Below are positions 42,543-50,683 of a stretch of DNA of 64,000 nt, piece by piece. Under the pieces are notes generated by a model that had not been told where the DNA came from, searched no databases, and worked only from the letters and a program-made list of their open reading frames with translations. The stretch's first letter is position 1; each line of letters begins with the position of its first letter. The translations under genes and the position numbers were made by a program. This stretch comes from Solirubrobacterales bacterium (lineage in GTDB: Bacteria; Actinomycetota; Thermoleophilia; Solirubrobacterales; 70-9), in contig JASLIG010000020.1 of the NCBI GenBank assembly GCA_030152805.1, forward strand, positions 173 through 64,172, in the 5' to 3' direction.

Positions 42543-44363
42543 TTAAGCTTGCGCCAACGCCAGGGCGCGCTCCGCAGCCACGACCACATGCGCGGCGTCG
42601 ATGCCGGCGGCGGCGAGCAGCGCCTCGGGCGGGCCGCTGCCGGGACGCTCGCTGACCGCCAGCCGGGTCAGCTTGGTGCCGATCCCGTTCTCGGCCAGGA
42701 CCCCGGCCACGGTCTCGCCGATGCCGCCCTCGGCCCAGTGGTCCTCGACCGTGATCAGTGCCTGCGTCTCGCTCGCCGCCAGGAGCAGTGCCTCGGCGTC
42801 GACCGGCTTGACCGAGTAGAGGTCGATCACGCGGGCGGCGATTCCCTTCTCGGCCAGCGCGTCGGCGGCGGTCAGACATTCGTGCAGGGTGATGCCGGCG
42901 CCGATCAGGGTTATCGCGTCCTCGTCGCTGGAGCGAACCGTGTGGCTGCCGCCGATTTCGAACGCCTGCTCGGGCGGGTAGATGACCGGCGTCTTTTCCC
43001 GCGTCGTGCGCATGTAGCTGACGCCGCGGTGCTCGCGCATCAGGTCGAGCAGGGCAACGGTCTGGTTCGGATCGGACGGGTAGAGGACGATGCTGCCGAG
43101 CACGGCGCGCAGCGAGGCGATGTCCTCCAGGGCCATCTGCGAGGGTCCGTCCGGGCCGATCGAGACGCCGACGTGCGAGCCGCAGAGCTTCAGGTCGGCG
43201 TCGGAGATCGCCCCCATGCGGACGAAGTCGTAGGCGCGGCTGAGGAACGCGCCGAAGGAGGAGGCGAAGGGCTTCCAGCCGCGCGCCTGCATCCCCACCG
43301 CGGAGGCCACCATCTGCTGCTCGGCGATGTACATCTCGAAGAAGCGGTCCGGGTGGGCAGCGGCAAAGCGCTCCGCGTAGGTCGAGTTGCCGACCTCGCC
43401 GTCGAGCGCCACGACCCGCTCGTCGATCGAGCCGAGCCAAGCCAGGGCGTCGCCGTAGGCGCCACGGGTGGCGACCTTCTCGCCGAGCTCGTAGCTGGGC
43501 CGCTCGACGGGCGCCCGCTCGATCTCGAACGGCTGCGCCTCCCCCGGCGCCTGCACCTCGACGCTGACCTCGCGGATGCCGCCCAGCTCCTCGATCGCCG
43601 CCTCGGGATCGGCGAGCGGCTTGCCGTGCCAGTTCGGTTGGTCCTCGACGGCGGAGACGCCGGACCCCTTCTTGGTGCGGGCGAAGATCACCGCTGGCCG
43701 CTCGGCCGCGAGGGCGGACGCGTAGGCCGCGTCGATTGCCCCGAGGTCGTGCCCGTCGATCTCCTGAACGTGCCAGTCGCAGGCGGCGGCGCGGGCGGCC
43801 AGCTTCGAGGTGTCCCACTCGTGCATGGTCGGGCCGCGCTGGCCGAGGCGGTTGACGTCGACGACGGCGATCAGGTTGCGCAGGCCCGCGTAGCCGGCGT
43901 GCTCGAAGGCCTCCCACATCGAGCCCTCGGCGAGCTCGGAGTCCCCGCAGAGGACCCAGGTGCGGAAATCGGCCCGCTCGAGCTTGGCGCCGGCGAGCGC
44001 GATGCCGACCGCGATCGGCAGTCCCTGGCCAAGCGAACCGGTGGCGACGTCGACCCAGGGAAGTTCCGGCGTCGGGTGGCCCTGCAAGCGCGAGCCGAAT
44101 TCGCGGAAGGTGAGCAGCTCCTCGTCGTCGATCGCTCCCGCAGCCTTGTAGAGCGCGTAGAGCAGCGGCGAGGCGTGGCCCTTGGAGAAGACCAGGTGGT
44201 CGTTGGCCCTGTTCTCCGGGGCCGAGAAGTCGTAGTGCAGGTACTTGCTGAAAAGGACCGCCATCAGGTCGGCGGCGGACATCCCCGAAGTCGGGTGCCC
44301 GGAGCCAGCGGCGGCGCTGGCGCGGACCGCATCGACGCGCAGTTGCTGGGCGAGCTCCTTCAC
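42543..44363 (-). CDS. tkt: transketolase
   Basis: The ThDP motif GSGHPTSGMSAADLMAVLF, GDSELAEGSMWEA, and Pyr/C-terminal domains. I place the start at GTG 44363 (MKELAQQLRVDAV…) because the longer ORF overlaps nadA. Confidence 0.85.
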   Translation of the reverse strand: MKELAQQLRVDAVRASAAAGSGHPTSGMSAADLMAVLFSKYLHYDFSAPENRANDHLVFSKGHASPLLYALYKAAGAIDDEELLTFREFGSRLQGHPTPELPWVDVATGSLGQGLPIAVGIALAGAKLERADFRTWVLCGDSELAEGSMWEAFEHAGYAGLRNLIAVVDVNRLGQRGPTMHEWDTSKLAARAAACDWHVQEIDGHDLGAIDAAYASALAAERPAVIFARTKKGSGVSAVEDQPNWHGKPLADPEAAIEELGGIREVSVEVQAPGEAQPFEIERAPVERPSYELGEKVATRGAYGDALAWLGSIDERVVALDGEVGNSTYAERFAAAHPDRFFEMYIAEQQMVASAVGMQARGWKPFASSFGAFLSRAYDFVRMGAISDADLKLCGSHVGVSIGPDGPSQMALEDIASLRAVLGSIVLYPSDPNQTVALLDLMREHRGVSYMRTTREKTPVIYPPEQAFEIGGSHTVRSSDEDAITLIGAGITLHECLTAADALAEKGIAARVIDLYSVKPVDAEALLLAASETQALITVEDHWAEGGIGETVAGVLAENGIGTKLTRLAVSERPGSGPPEALLAAAGIDAAHVVVAAERALALAQA

Positions 44364-44383
44364 GGATCGGACAATATCTAGCG

Positions 44384-45487
44384 CTAGCCGATCGCGACCA
44401 TGCGCTCGATCGGCAGCTTCGCCCGTTCGGCGATCGCGGCCGGCACGCTGACCTCGAACTTCATATCGCGCAGGCTGTCGCGCAGCTTCGGCAGCGTGAT
44501 CATCTTCATGTACCTGCAGAAGGCCATCCGGTTGGCCTCGATCAGGTTGGCCCGTGGGGCCGCCTGCTGCAACGGGTAGAGCATGCCGTTCTCGGTGGCG
44601 ACGATGAAGCTGCCGTCGGGGTGCGCTTCGACGTGCTCGAGCATCCCCGAGGTGGAGAGCATGTGGACGCCCTCGGGCTCGACGTCGCCGGCGGCGACGT
44701 ACTCCATCGCCTGGGTCGCACAACCGCACTCGGGGTGGATCAGGAACTCGGCCTCAGGGTGCTCGGCGCGGGTCTGGGCGATGTCGCCGGGGCGGATGCC
44801 GGCGTGCACGTGGCACTCGCCGTCCCAGATGTGGAAGCGGGCGCGGCGCTCGGGATCCTCCTGGATCCCGGTCTCGCGCTCGACGAAGGCGCCCAGCCAC
44901 ATGTCGGGGCCGAAGAGAATCTCGGTGTCCGGCCCGTGCTCGGCCCAGATGTGCTCGACCACTTTGACCGCGTTGGAGGAGGTGCAGCAGTAGTCGGTCT
45001 CGGCCTTCACCTCGGCCGAGGTGTTGACGTACATGACCACCAGCGCGCCGGGATGCTGGGCCTTCCAAGCGCGTAGCTGATCGGCGTCGATCGAATCGGC
45101 GAGCGAGCAGCCGGCGTTGAGATCGGGGATCAGCACCGTCTTCTCCGGCGAGAGGATCGAGGCGGTCTCGGCCATGAAATGGACACCGCAGAAGGCGATC
45201 GCGTCGGCGTCGGTGGCGGCGGCCTCGCGCGAGAGGCCGAGCGAGTCGCCCATATGGTCGGCGACGTCCTGGACCTCGGGGAGCTGGTAGTTGTGGGCGA
45301 GGATCACCGCGTTGCGCTCGGCGGCGAGCGCCCGCACCTCCTCGCTGAGGGCAGCGATCGCTTCGGGCGAGAGAGCGTCCGGTGAAATGGGTTGGATCGT
45401 CGGGAGCTCCTGCACGAGCCCTTCCTTTCCTGATGTTCGCTGGCCCGGCATCGCTGCCTTGCAACCAGTCGAATGAACGTGGAACAA
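44384..45487 (-). CDS. nadA: quinolinate synthase
   Basis: …VILAHNYQLPEVQDVAD…GVHFMAETA…ECHVH…IHPEC… is the NadA pattern. The start may be internal (ATG 45451). Confidence 0.9.
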   Translation of the reverse strand: MFHVHSTGCKAAMPGQRTSGKEGLVQELPTIQPISPDALSPEAIAALSEEVRALAAERNAVILAHNYQLPEVQDVADHMGDSLGLSREAAATDADAIAFCGVHFMAETASILSPEKTVLIPDLNAGCSLADSIDADQLRAWKAQHPGALVVMYVNTSAEVKAETDYCCTSSNAVKVVEHIWAEHGPDTEILFGPDMWLGAFVERETGIQEDPERRARFHIWDGECHVHAGIRPGDIAQTRAEHPEAEFLIHPECGCATQAMEYVAAGDVEPEGVHMLSTSGMLEHVEAHPDGSFIVATENGMLYPLQQAAPRANLIEANRMAFCRYMKMITLPKLRDSLRDMKFEVSVPAAIAERAKLPIERMVAIG

Positions 45488-45558
45488 GTCTAAGCGATTG
45501 GCCTCTCGGCCCGCGGGTATGCCACCCGCGGGAGGAGCGGAAACGGCAGACTTGGTCC

Positions 45559-46404
45559 ATGCCCGAGTTGCCTGAGGTTGAGATCACGGCGAGGAGGCTG
45601 AACACCGCGCTGTCGGGAGCTTCTGTCGAATCGGCGGTTGCGCCGGGGATGAACGTGATGAAGACCTTTGAGCCGCCCTTGGAGGAACTGGCGGGTTCCA
45701 AGGTCAGTGGCGTAAGAAGGGTCGGGAAGATGCCGGTGGTTGAGTTCGGGGATCTCTCATTGCTCATTCACCTGATGTCGGCGGGGCGGCTGCGGCTGTT
45801 CGAGAAGCGGGCTTCATTGAAAGACCGGGCCTCCCGCGTGCTCGTCAGGCTGGAGGGCGGGCGGGAGCTGCGGCTGCGGGAGTTCGGGACGAAGCAGCGG
45901 GCCTGGGCGAAGCTGCTTGCGAGCGATGCGGTCGAGGAGGACGAGGCGGTTGCCAGGCTGGGCCCGGAAGCCTGGCCGGCGCCGTCGCTGGAGGAGTTCG
46001 CGCCGCTGATCGACCAGCCGCGGCACCTGCACCCGCTGTTGCGACACCAGGGCGACATCGCCGGGATCGGCCGCTCCTGGGTCGACGAGATCCTCTGGGA
46101 GGCACGGCTCTCGCCCTTCAAGAAGGGCTCGGAGCTGGATGAAGAGGAGGTCGAGCGGCTACACGTCGCGCTGCACGTACTGGGCGATGCAATCGACCAC
46201 TACGAGAAAACGATCGGCGAGCAGCTACCGGACAAGGTGCCGATGCCCCTACAGGTCCACAAGCGCGAGGGCCAGCCATGCCCCCGCTGCGGCACCCCCA
46301 TCGAGGCGGTCTTCTTCTCCGAGCACCAGACCAACTATTGCCCGAAAGAGCAGACGGGCGGTCGTGTGCTCAAGGACCGCCGCCTCTCCCGGCTGTTGAA
46401 GTAG
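45559..46404 (+). CDS. Fpg/Nei-family DNA glycosylase/AP lyase
   Basis: The N-terminus MPELPEVE carries the catalytic Pro2/Glu3. It has an H2TH region and a C-terminal zinc finger CPRCGTPIE…YCPKEQ. Confidence 0.88.
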   Translation: MPELPEVEITARRLNTALSGASVESAVAPGMNVMKTFEPPLEELAGSKVSGVRRVGKMPVVEFGDLSLLIHLMSAGRLRLFEKRASLKDRASRVLVRLEGGRELRLREFGTKQRAWAKLLASDAVEEDEAVARLGPEAWPAPSLEEFAPLIDQPRHLHPLLRHQGDIAGIGRSWVDEILWEARLSPFKKGSELDEEEVERLHVALHVLGDAIDHYEKTIGEQLPDKVPMPLQVHKREGQPCPRCGTPIEAVFFSEHQTNYCPKEQTGGRVLKDRRLSRLLK

Positions 46405-46412
46405 GCGGGCGG

Positions 46413-47264
46413 CTAGGCGAGCTCGATCAACATGCTGAAGTCGAGCGTCGGAGCTGAGTGGGTGAGGGCGCCAACCGAGATGAAGTCGACACCGGATTCG
46501 GCAATCGTGCGCACGGTGTCGAGGCTGACGCCACCGGAGGCCTCCAGGGACGGGCCTCCCCCGCGCCTGCTGGCGTTGCCGTCGCGCAGCCCCACCGCTT
46601 TGCGCAGCGTGCCGGCGTCCATGTTGTCGAGCAGCAGCACGTCAGCGCCGGTGCCCAGCGCGTAGGCGACCTCGTCGAGGTTGCGGCACTCGACCTCGAC
46701 CGCCAGCTCTGGCTGCTTGCTGCGAGCGGCATGCACCGCCCTGGCGAGGCTGCCGGCGAGGGCGATGTGGTTCTCCTTGATCAGGATCGCGTCGTGGAGA
46801 CCCATGCGGTGATTGCGCCCACCCCCGGCTCGCACCGCCGCCTTCTCCAGCTCGCGCAGGCCGGGCGTCGTCTTGCGCGTGTCGAGGATCGTCGCTCCCG
46901 TTCCCGCTACCGCCTCGACGAAGCGCGCGGTCAGCGTCGCGATGCCGGAGAGATGGCCGAGGAAGTTGAGCCCCGTCCGCTCCGCCGCGAGCAACCCCCT
47001 GGCGGACCCGCTCGCGAACAGCACCTCCGCCGGCACCCCGTCGCGCCACTGCGCCTCGACGACGAGGTTGTCGACGTCCTCCACCCCACACTGCCGCATC
47101 GTCTCCGCAACCACCTCGAGCCCGTAGACGACGCCCGCCTGCTTCTGCACGATCCGAGCGCGCCCCCGCGCCTCCTCAGGCACCGTAGCCTCAGCGGTCA
47201 CGTCGCCAGCCCCGAGATCCTCGGCCAAAGCCCGCCCCACGACCCCCTGCAGAGACTCCGCCAT
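46413..47264 (-). CDS. nadC: nicotinate-nucleotide pyrophosphorylase (quinolinate phosphoribosyltransferase)
   Basis: …ALAEDLGAGDVT…ILDTRKTTPGLR…HRMGLHDAILIKENH…LLDNM… matches NadC. Start at ATG 47264. Confidence 0.9.
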   Translation of the reverse strand: MAESLQGVVGRALAEDLGAGDVTAEATVPEEARGRARIVQKQAGVVYGLEVVAETMRQCGVEDVDNLVVEAQWRDGVPAEVLFASGSARGLLAAERTGLNFLGHLSGIATLTARFVEAVAGTGATILDTRKTTPGLRELEKAAVRAGGGRNHRMGLHDAILIKENHIALAGSLARAVHAARSKQPELAVEVECRNLDEVAYALGTGADVLLLDNMDAGTLRKAVGLRDGNASRRGGGPSLEASGGVSLDTVRTIAESGVDFISVGALTHSAPTLDFSMLIELA

Positions 47265-47289
47265 CGCGCCCCAGCCTAGCCCAGCCAAG

Positions 47290-47330
47290 CGGTCGCATTT
47301 CCCGCCGCAATGCGGCGGGAAATGCGACCG
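47290..47330. repeat. perfect palindrome 1 (19-20 bp arms) in the nadC/sigma-factor intergenic region
   Basis: CGGTCGCATTTCCCGCCGC-aat-GCGGCGGGAAATGCGACCG. Confidence 0.7.
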
Positions 47331-47359
47331 TGACGCAGATCTCGACTCCTTCAGCACCC

Positions 47360-47402
47360 GATGTCGCACTTGTCGCCGCTATGCGGCGACAAGTGCGACA
47401 TC
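47360..47402. repeat. perfect palindrome 2 (20 bp arms), homologous to palindrome 1
   Basis: GATGTCGCACTTGTCGCCGC-tat-GCGGCGACAAGTGCGACATC. It shares TCGCAnTTnnCGCCGC with palindrome 1. Confidence 0.7.
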
Positions 47403-47447
47403 AAGTCGTCTCACGCTCCAGGGACGGGGGAGCGTTTAATCCCATAG

Positions 47448-47912
47448 GTGACCCCTTTGCCGCCGTTCCAGACATTGATCGACGAGCACGCCGCCGACGT
47501 GATGGGTGTCCTGCGCGGCGCCGTCGGCCGCAGCGATGCCGAGGACTGCTTTCAGGAGACCTTCCTCGCCGCCTTGCGCACCTACCCGAAGCTCGGCAAT
47601 GCCGAGAACCTGCGCGGCTGGCTGCTGACGATCGCCTACCGCAAGGCGATCGACCACCACCGGGCCAACGGTCGCAGGCCGCTGCCCGTCGCAGAGGTGG
47701 TGGAGGTCGCCGTCGAGGACCGAGCGCCCGCCGATGACGGCATCTGGAAGCTGGTCGGCGCCTTGCCGCCCAAGCAACGAGCCGCCGTCGCCCTGCGCTA
47801 CGCCTGCGATCTGCCCCACGCCGAGATCGCCGCCGCGCTCGGCTGTTCCGAGGAGGCGGCGCGTCGCAGCCTGCACGAGGGAATCAAGCGACTGAGGAAG
47901 GAGCTGGCATGA
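47448..47912 (+). CDS. ECF-type sigma-70 family RNA polymerase sigma factor
   Basis: Region 2 (DCFQETFLAAL…RGWLLTIAYRKAIDHHR) and region 4 (LPPKQRAAVALRYACDLPHAEIAAALGCSEEAARRSLHEGIKRLR). GTG start. Confidence 0.85.
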   Translation: MTPLPPFQTLIDEHAADVMGVLRGAVGRSDAEDCFQETFLAALRTYPKLGNAENLRGWLLTIAYRKAIDHHRANGRRPLPVAEVVEVAVEDRAPADDGIWKLVGALPPKQRAAVALRYACDLPHAEIAAALGCSEEAARRSLHEGIKRLRKELA

Positions 47913-48460
47913 AGACCACCCTGCAGCGCTTCGCCGAACGAGCCGACGCCGAGGGCCTGCTCGACGTCGCCTACGCCAACGTCGACTCCCCCTTCGGGCC
48001 CCTGCTGCTGGCCGCCACCCCGCGCGGGTTGGTGCGGGTCAACCTGCCCACCTACGACCCCGCCGAAACGCTGGAGGAGCTCGCCGCCAAGGTGTCGCCC
48101 CGCGTGCTGGAGGCCCCAGCCAAGCTCGACGGGGCGCGACGTGAGCTCGACCTCTACTTCGCCGGCAAGCTGACCGAGTTCGACCTGCCGATCGACTGGC
48201 GGCTGACCGACGGCTTTCGCGGCAAGGTGCAGCGGGCGATCAACCGCATCCCCTACGGACAGACCCGCACCTACACCGAGATGGCGCGCAGCGCCGGCAA
48301 CGAGCGCGCCGTCCGCGCCGCCGGCACAGCATGCGGCTCCAACCCGATCCCGATCGTCGTTCCCTGCCACCGGGTGCTGCGTAGCGGCGGCGGCCTCGGC
48401 GGTTACGGCGGCGGCCTGCCGATGAAGGAGGCGCTGCTGAAGCTGGAGGGCGTGCTCTAG
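47909..48460 (+). CDS. ogt: methylated-DNA-[protein]-cysteine S-methyltransferase
   Basis: Active site IPIVVPCHRV (the PCHR motif). ATGA overlap with the sigma-factor stop. Confidence 0.9.
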   Translation: MKTTLQRFAERADAEGLLDVAYANVDSPFGPLLLAATPRGLVRVNLPTYDPAETLEELAAKVSPRVLEAPAKLDGARRELDLYFAGKLTEFDLPIDWRLTDGFRGKVQRAINRIPYGQTRTYTEMARSAGNERAVRAAGTACGSNPIPIVVPCHRVLRSGGGLGGYGGGLPMKEALLKLEGVL

Positions 48461-49335
48461 ACGGGGCCGAAGAGGGCGCGAGCCCGCTCGATCACGAGCT
48501 CGGGTTTCTCCTCGGCGATGAAATGCCCGCAGTGCTCGACTTCCTCGACGCTCATCTCCTCCGCGTAAGGCTCGTAGCCGGCCAGGATGTCGGCCCGGAT
48601 CACCGGGTCCGCTTCACCGTGAAGGAGGAGGGTCGGCACCGAGCTGCGCCGCGAGCGGTAGTCGCCCCTTTTCAGGCGCGGCAGCTCGCGAAGGAGAAAG
48701 CTGCGGTAGACGTGGGAGGAAGCGAGCGCATGATCGCGGGGGCGGAAGGTCTCTGCGTAGCAGTCGAGCTCCTCTTCGCTCCAGCGCATCGACGGGTGGG
48801 CGCCGCGACGCAGGGCGAGCTTGACGAAGCCGGGCTGGAAGCGCAGCACGCTCGTGCCGATCCCCGGGGTGGCGAGAATGAACTGGTAGGCGGTCCGCCT
48901 CAGTGCCTGCGGCGTGACCTTGGGCGGCTCAAACCAGGGGTGCACGACACCGAGAGCCAGGTAATTGCGGATGCGTTGCGGTGCATCGAGACAGAGCAAG
49001 AAGCCGGTGTAGCCACCCCAGTCGTGGCCGATCAGGTCGACCCGGTCGAGGCCCAGCTCGTCCAGGAGAGCCGTGATATCGGCGGCGAATTCCGACATCT
49101 CGTAGCGTCCGGCCGGCGCCTCGCTCCAGCCGAAGCCGCGCAGGTCGGGGCAGATCAGCCGGCGTTCGCCGGCCAAGGCCGGGATCACCTTGCGCCAGAT
49201 CCACCAGTGCTGCGGCCAACCGTGCAGGAGGAGGACCGGTGGCCCCTCCCCCGCTTCGGCGACGTGCAGGCGGGCGCCGGGGACGTCGACGTAGCGGTGC
49301 GTGACGCCTTCGATCTCTGGGGGCGCTCCGCGCAT
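48457..49335 (-). CDS. alpha/beta hydrolase (epoxide hydrolase/haloalkane dehalogenase-like)
   Basis: LLLHGWPQHWWIW (HGxP oxyanion motif), the nucleophile context LIGHDWGG, and a C-terminal His (HCGHF). Start at ATG 49335. Confidence 0.85.
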   Translation of the reverse strand: MRGAPPEIEGVTHRYVDVPGARLHVAEAGEGPPVLLLHGWPQHWWIWRKVIPALAGERRLICPDLRGFGWSEAPAGRYEMSEFAADITALLDELGLDRVDLIGHDWGGYTGFLLCLDAPQRIRNYLALGVVHPWFEPPKVTPQALRRTAYQFILATPGIGTSVLRFQPGFVKLALRRGAHPSMRWSEEELDCYAETFRPRDHALASSHVYRSFLLRELPRLKRGDYRSRRSSVPTLLLHGEADPVIRADILAGYEPYAEEMSVEEVEHCGHFIAEEKPELVIERARALFGPV

Positions 49336-49396
49336 CGCCGTGAATCTAACCGCAACCTCGCTAAAGCGATCCGGCCCGCCAACCGATGAAGGGGGC

Positions 49397-50005
49397 GTGA
49401 AAAACGCAAGAGTCGCCCTCTTCCTGCTGCCGTTGATCCTGCTCTTGACCGCCGGCCTCGTCCAGTCAGCCCTGGGCGCAGCCGAATTCGAAGCTGCGGC
49501 CCCCTTCGAATCGACCGCCGAGATCAGCGAAGAAGGCGAAGTCGAAGAAGAATGCGTCGAAGAATTCGAGGAGGGGGAAGAAGACGAAGAAGCGGTCGCC
49601 GAAACCGAGGAAGAATGCGAGGACGAAGCGGAGGAGAGCAGCCGCGTCTCGGCTGAGGACTGCCTGCTGCGCACCACCCACGCGCGGGTCGTCGCCTTTC
49701 CCTCGCGCAACCAGGTCCGGCTGACCCTCGGCTACACCACTTACGCACCCGCTCAGGCGACGGTGGAATACAAAGCCAGCCACGACCGCCTGGGAGCCGC
49801 TACCCGCCATCTCGGCCGCAGCGGCGTCGTCCGCCTCAGCAAGCACCTGGACGAAAAACAAATGAGCCGGGTGCGCGGGTCGGGCCGGTTCACGGTGACC
49901 GTGCACGTATCGGACGTGCCGGGGGCGTGTCAGCGCTTCGAGTCCGATCGGCTCGCAGTCGACCGCCGCGGTGGCTCCAAGATCACCTGGGGCGAGGACG
50001 ACTAG
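49397..50005 (+). CDS. secreted hypothetical protein with an extremely acidic Glu/Cys-rich N-terminal region
   Basis: GTG 49397 follows GAAGGGGG. Signal peptide VKNARVALFLLPLILLLTAGLVQSALG, then EEGEVEEECVEEFEEGEEDEEAVAETEEECEDEAEE. I recognise no family. Confidence 0.5.
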   Translation: MKNARVALFLLPLILLLTAGLVQSALGAAEFEAAAPFESTAEISEEGEVEEECVEEFEEGEEDEEAVAETEEECEDEAEESSRVSAEDCLLRTTHARVVAFPSRNQVRLTLGYTTYAPAQATVEYKASHDRLGAATRHLGRSGVVRLSKHLDEKQMSRVRGSGRFTVTVHVSDVPGACQRFESDRLAVDRRGGSKITWGEDD

Positions 50006-50658
50006 CCCAGCGGGGGCAGCGTCTCCCGCAACCAGGTTGCCGCGGCCGCCAGGTGCGCCGGATCGATCTGGTGGCCGAGCGCGGACTCGTGGTACTCGAC
50101 AGCGAGCCCGCCGGCCTCGAGCAGTTGGCGCGCACGGCGGGCGAACTCGACGGCGATGATCGGGTCGTTGCTCCCGTGCGAGATGAAAGCGCGGGTGTCG
50201 AGGCGATCGTCAAAGCGCGGCGCCCAGCCCTCGACAGTCGGCACGAAGCCGCTGAAGGCCAGCGCTCCGGCGACCGGTGGGCGCTCGGCGCTGAGCGCCA
50301 TCGCGTAGCTCATCACGGTGCCCATCGAGAACCCTCCCAGCACGGTCCGCGCCGGCTCGACGCCGGTCTCCTCCCAGAGCCGGTCGTGCAGCTCGGCCAG
50401 AGCGTGCCGCGCCGCGTGGAAGGTGTCGTGGTCGGGGTAGCCGACGCGTGGCACCAGGTACCAGTGATAGCCGGGTGACCCTTCGAGCACGAGCGGCGCC
50501 CGCGGGGTGACGACACGCAGCCGCCCATCGGGATCGAGCGCGTCCGCCAGCCCGAGCAGGTCGCGCTCGTCAGTGCCGCGGCCGTGATGGAGCACCAGCA
50601 GCCCCTCCGGCGCCCGCTCCGCGGGCCGCTCGAGGTACGTCAAGGACCCGGCTGGCAC
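50002..50658 (-). CDS. phospholipase/carboxylesterase-family alpha/beta hydrolase
   Basis: LVLHHGRGTDE…, the nucleophile elbow GFSMG, and a C-terminal …HESALGH…. Confidence 0.8.
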   Translation of the reverse strand: MPAGSLTYLERPAERAPEGLLVLHHGRGTDERDLLGLADALDPDGRLRVVTPRAPLVLEGSPGYHWYLVPRVGYPDHDTFHAARHALAELHDRLWEETGVEPARTVLGGFSMGTVMSYAMALSAERPPVAGALAFSGFVPTVEGWAPRFDDRLDTRAFISHGSNDPIIAVEFARRARQLLEAGGLAVEYHESALGHQIDPAHLAAAATWLRETLPPLG

Positions 50659-50683
50659 CGTCCGCCCATCCTTCGCGCGAGCC

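Noticed and set aside
44384-47264. NAD biosynthesis genes nadA and nadC separated by fpg, with no nadB in the window, as a possible unusual pathway organisation.
   Set aside because: nadB may simply lie elsewhere in the genome. A split nad locus is common, and by itself it is not informative.
47310-47402. Tiny ORFs starting at the ATG inside each palindrome (for example MRREMRP-stop).
   Set aside because: The ATGs are a by-product of the palindromic loop sequence (…GCAATGC… and …GCTATGC…). There is no RBS, and conservation cannot be judged. This is unlikely to be coding.
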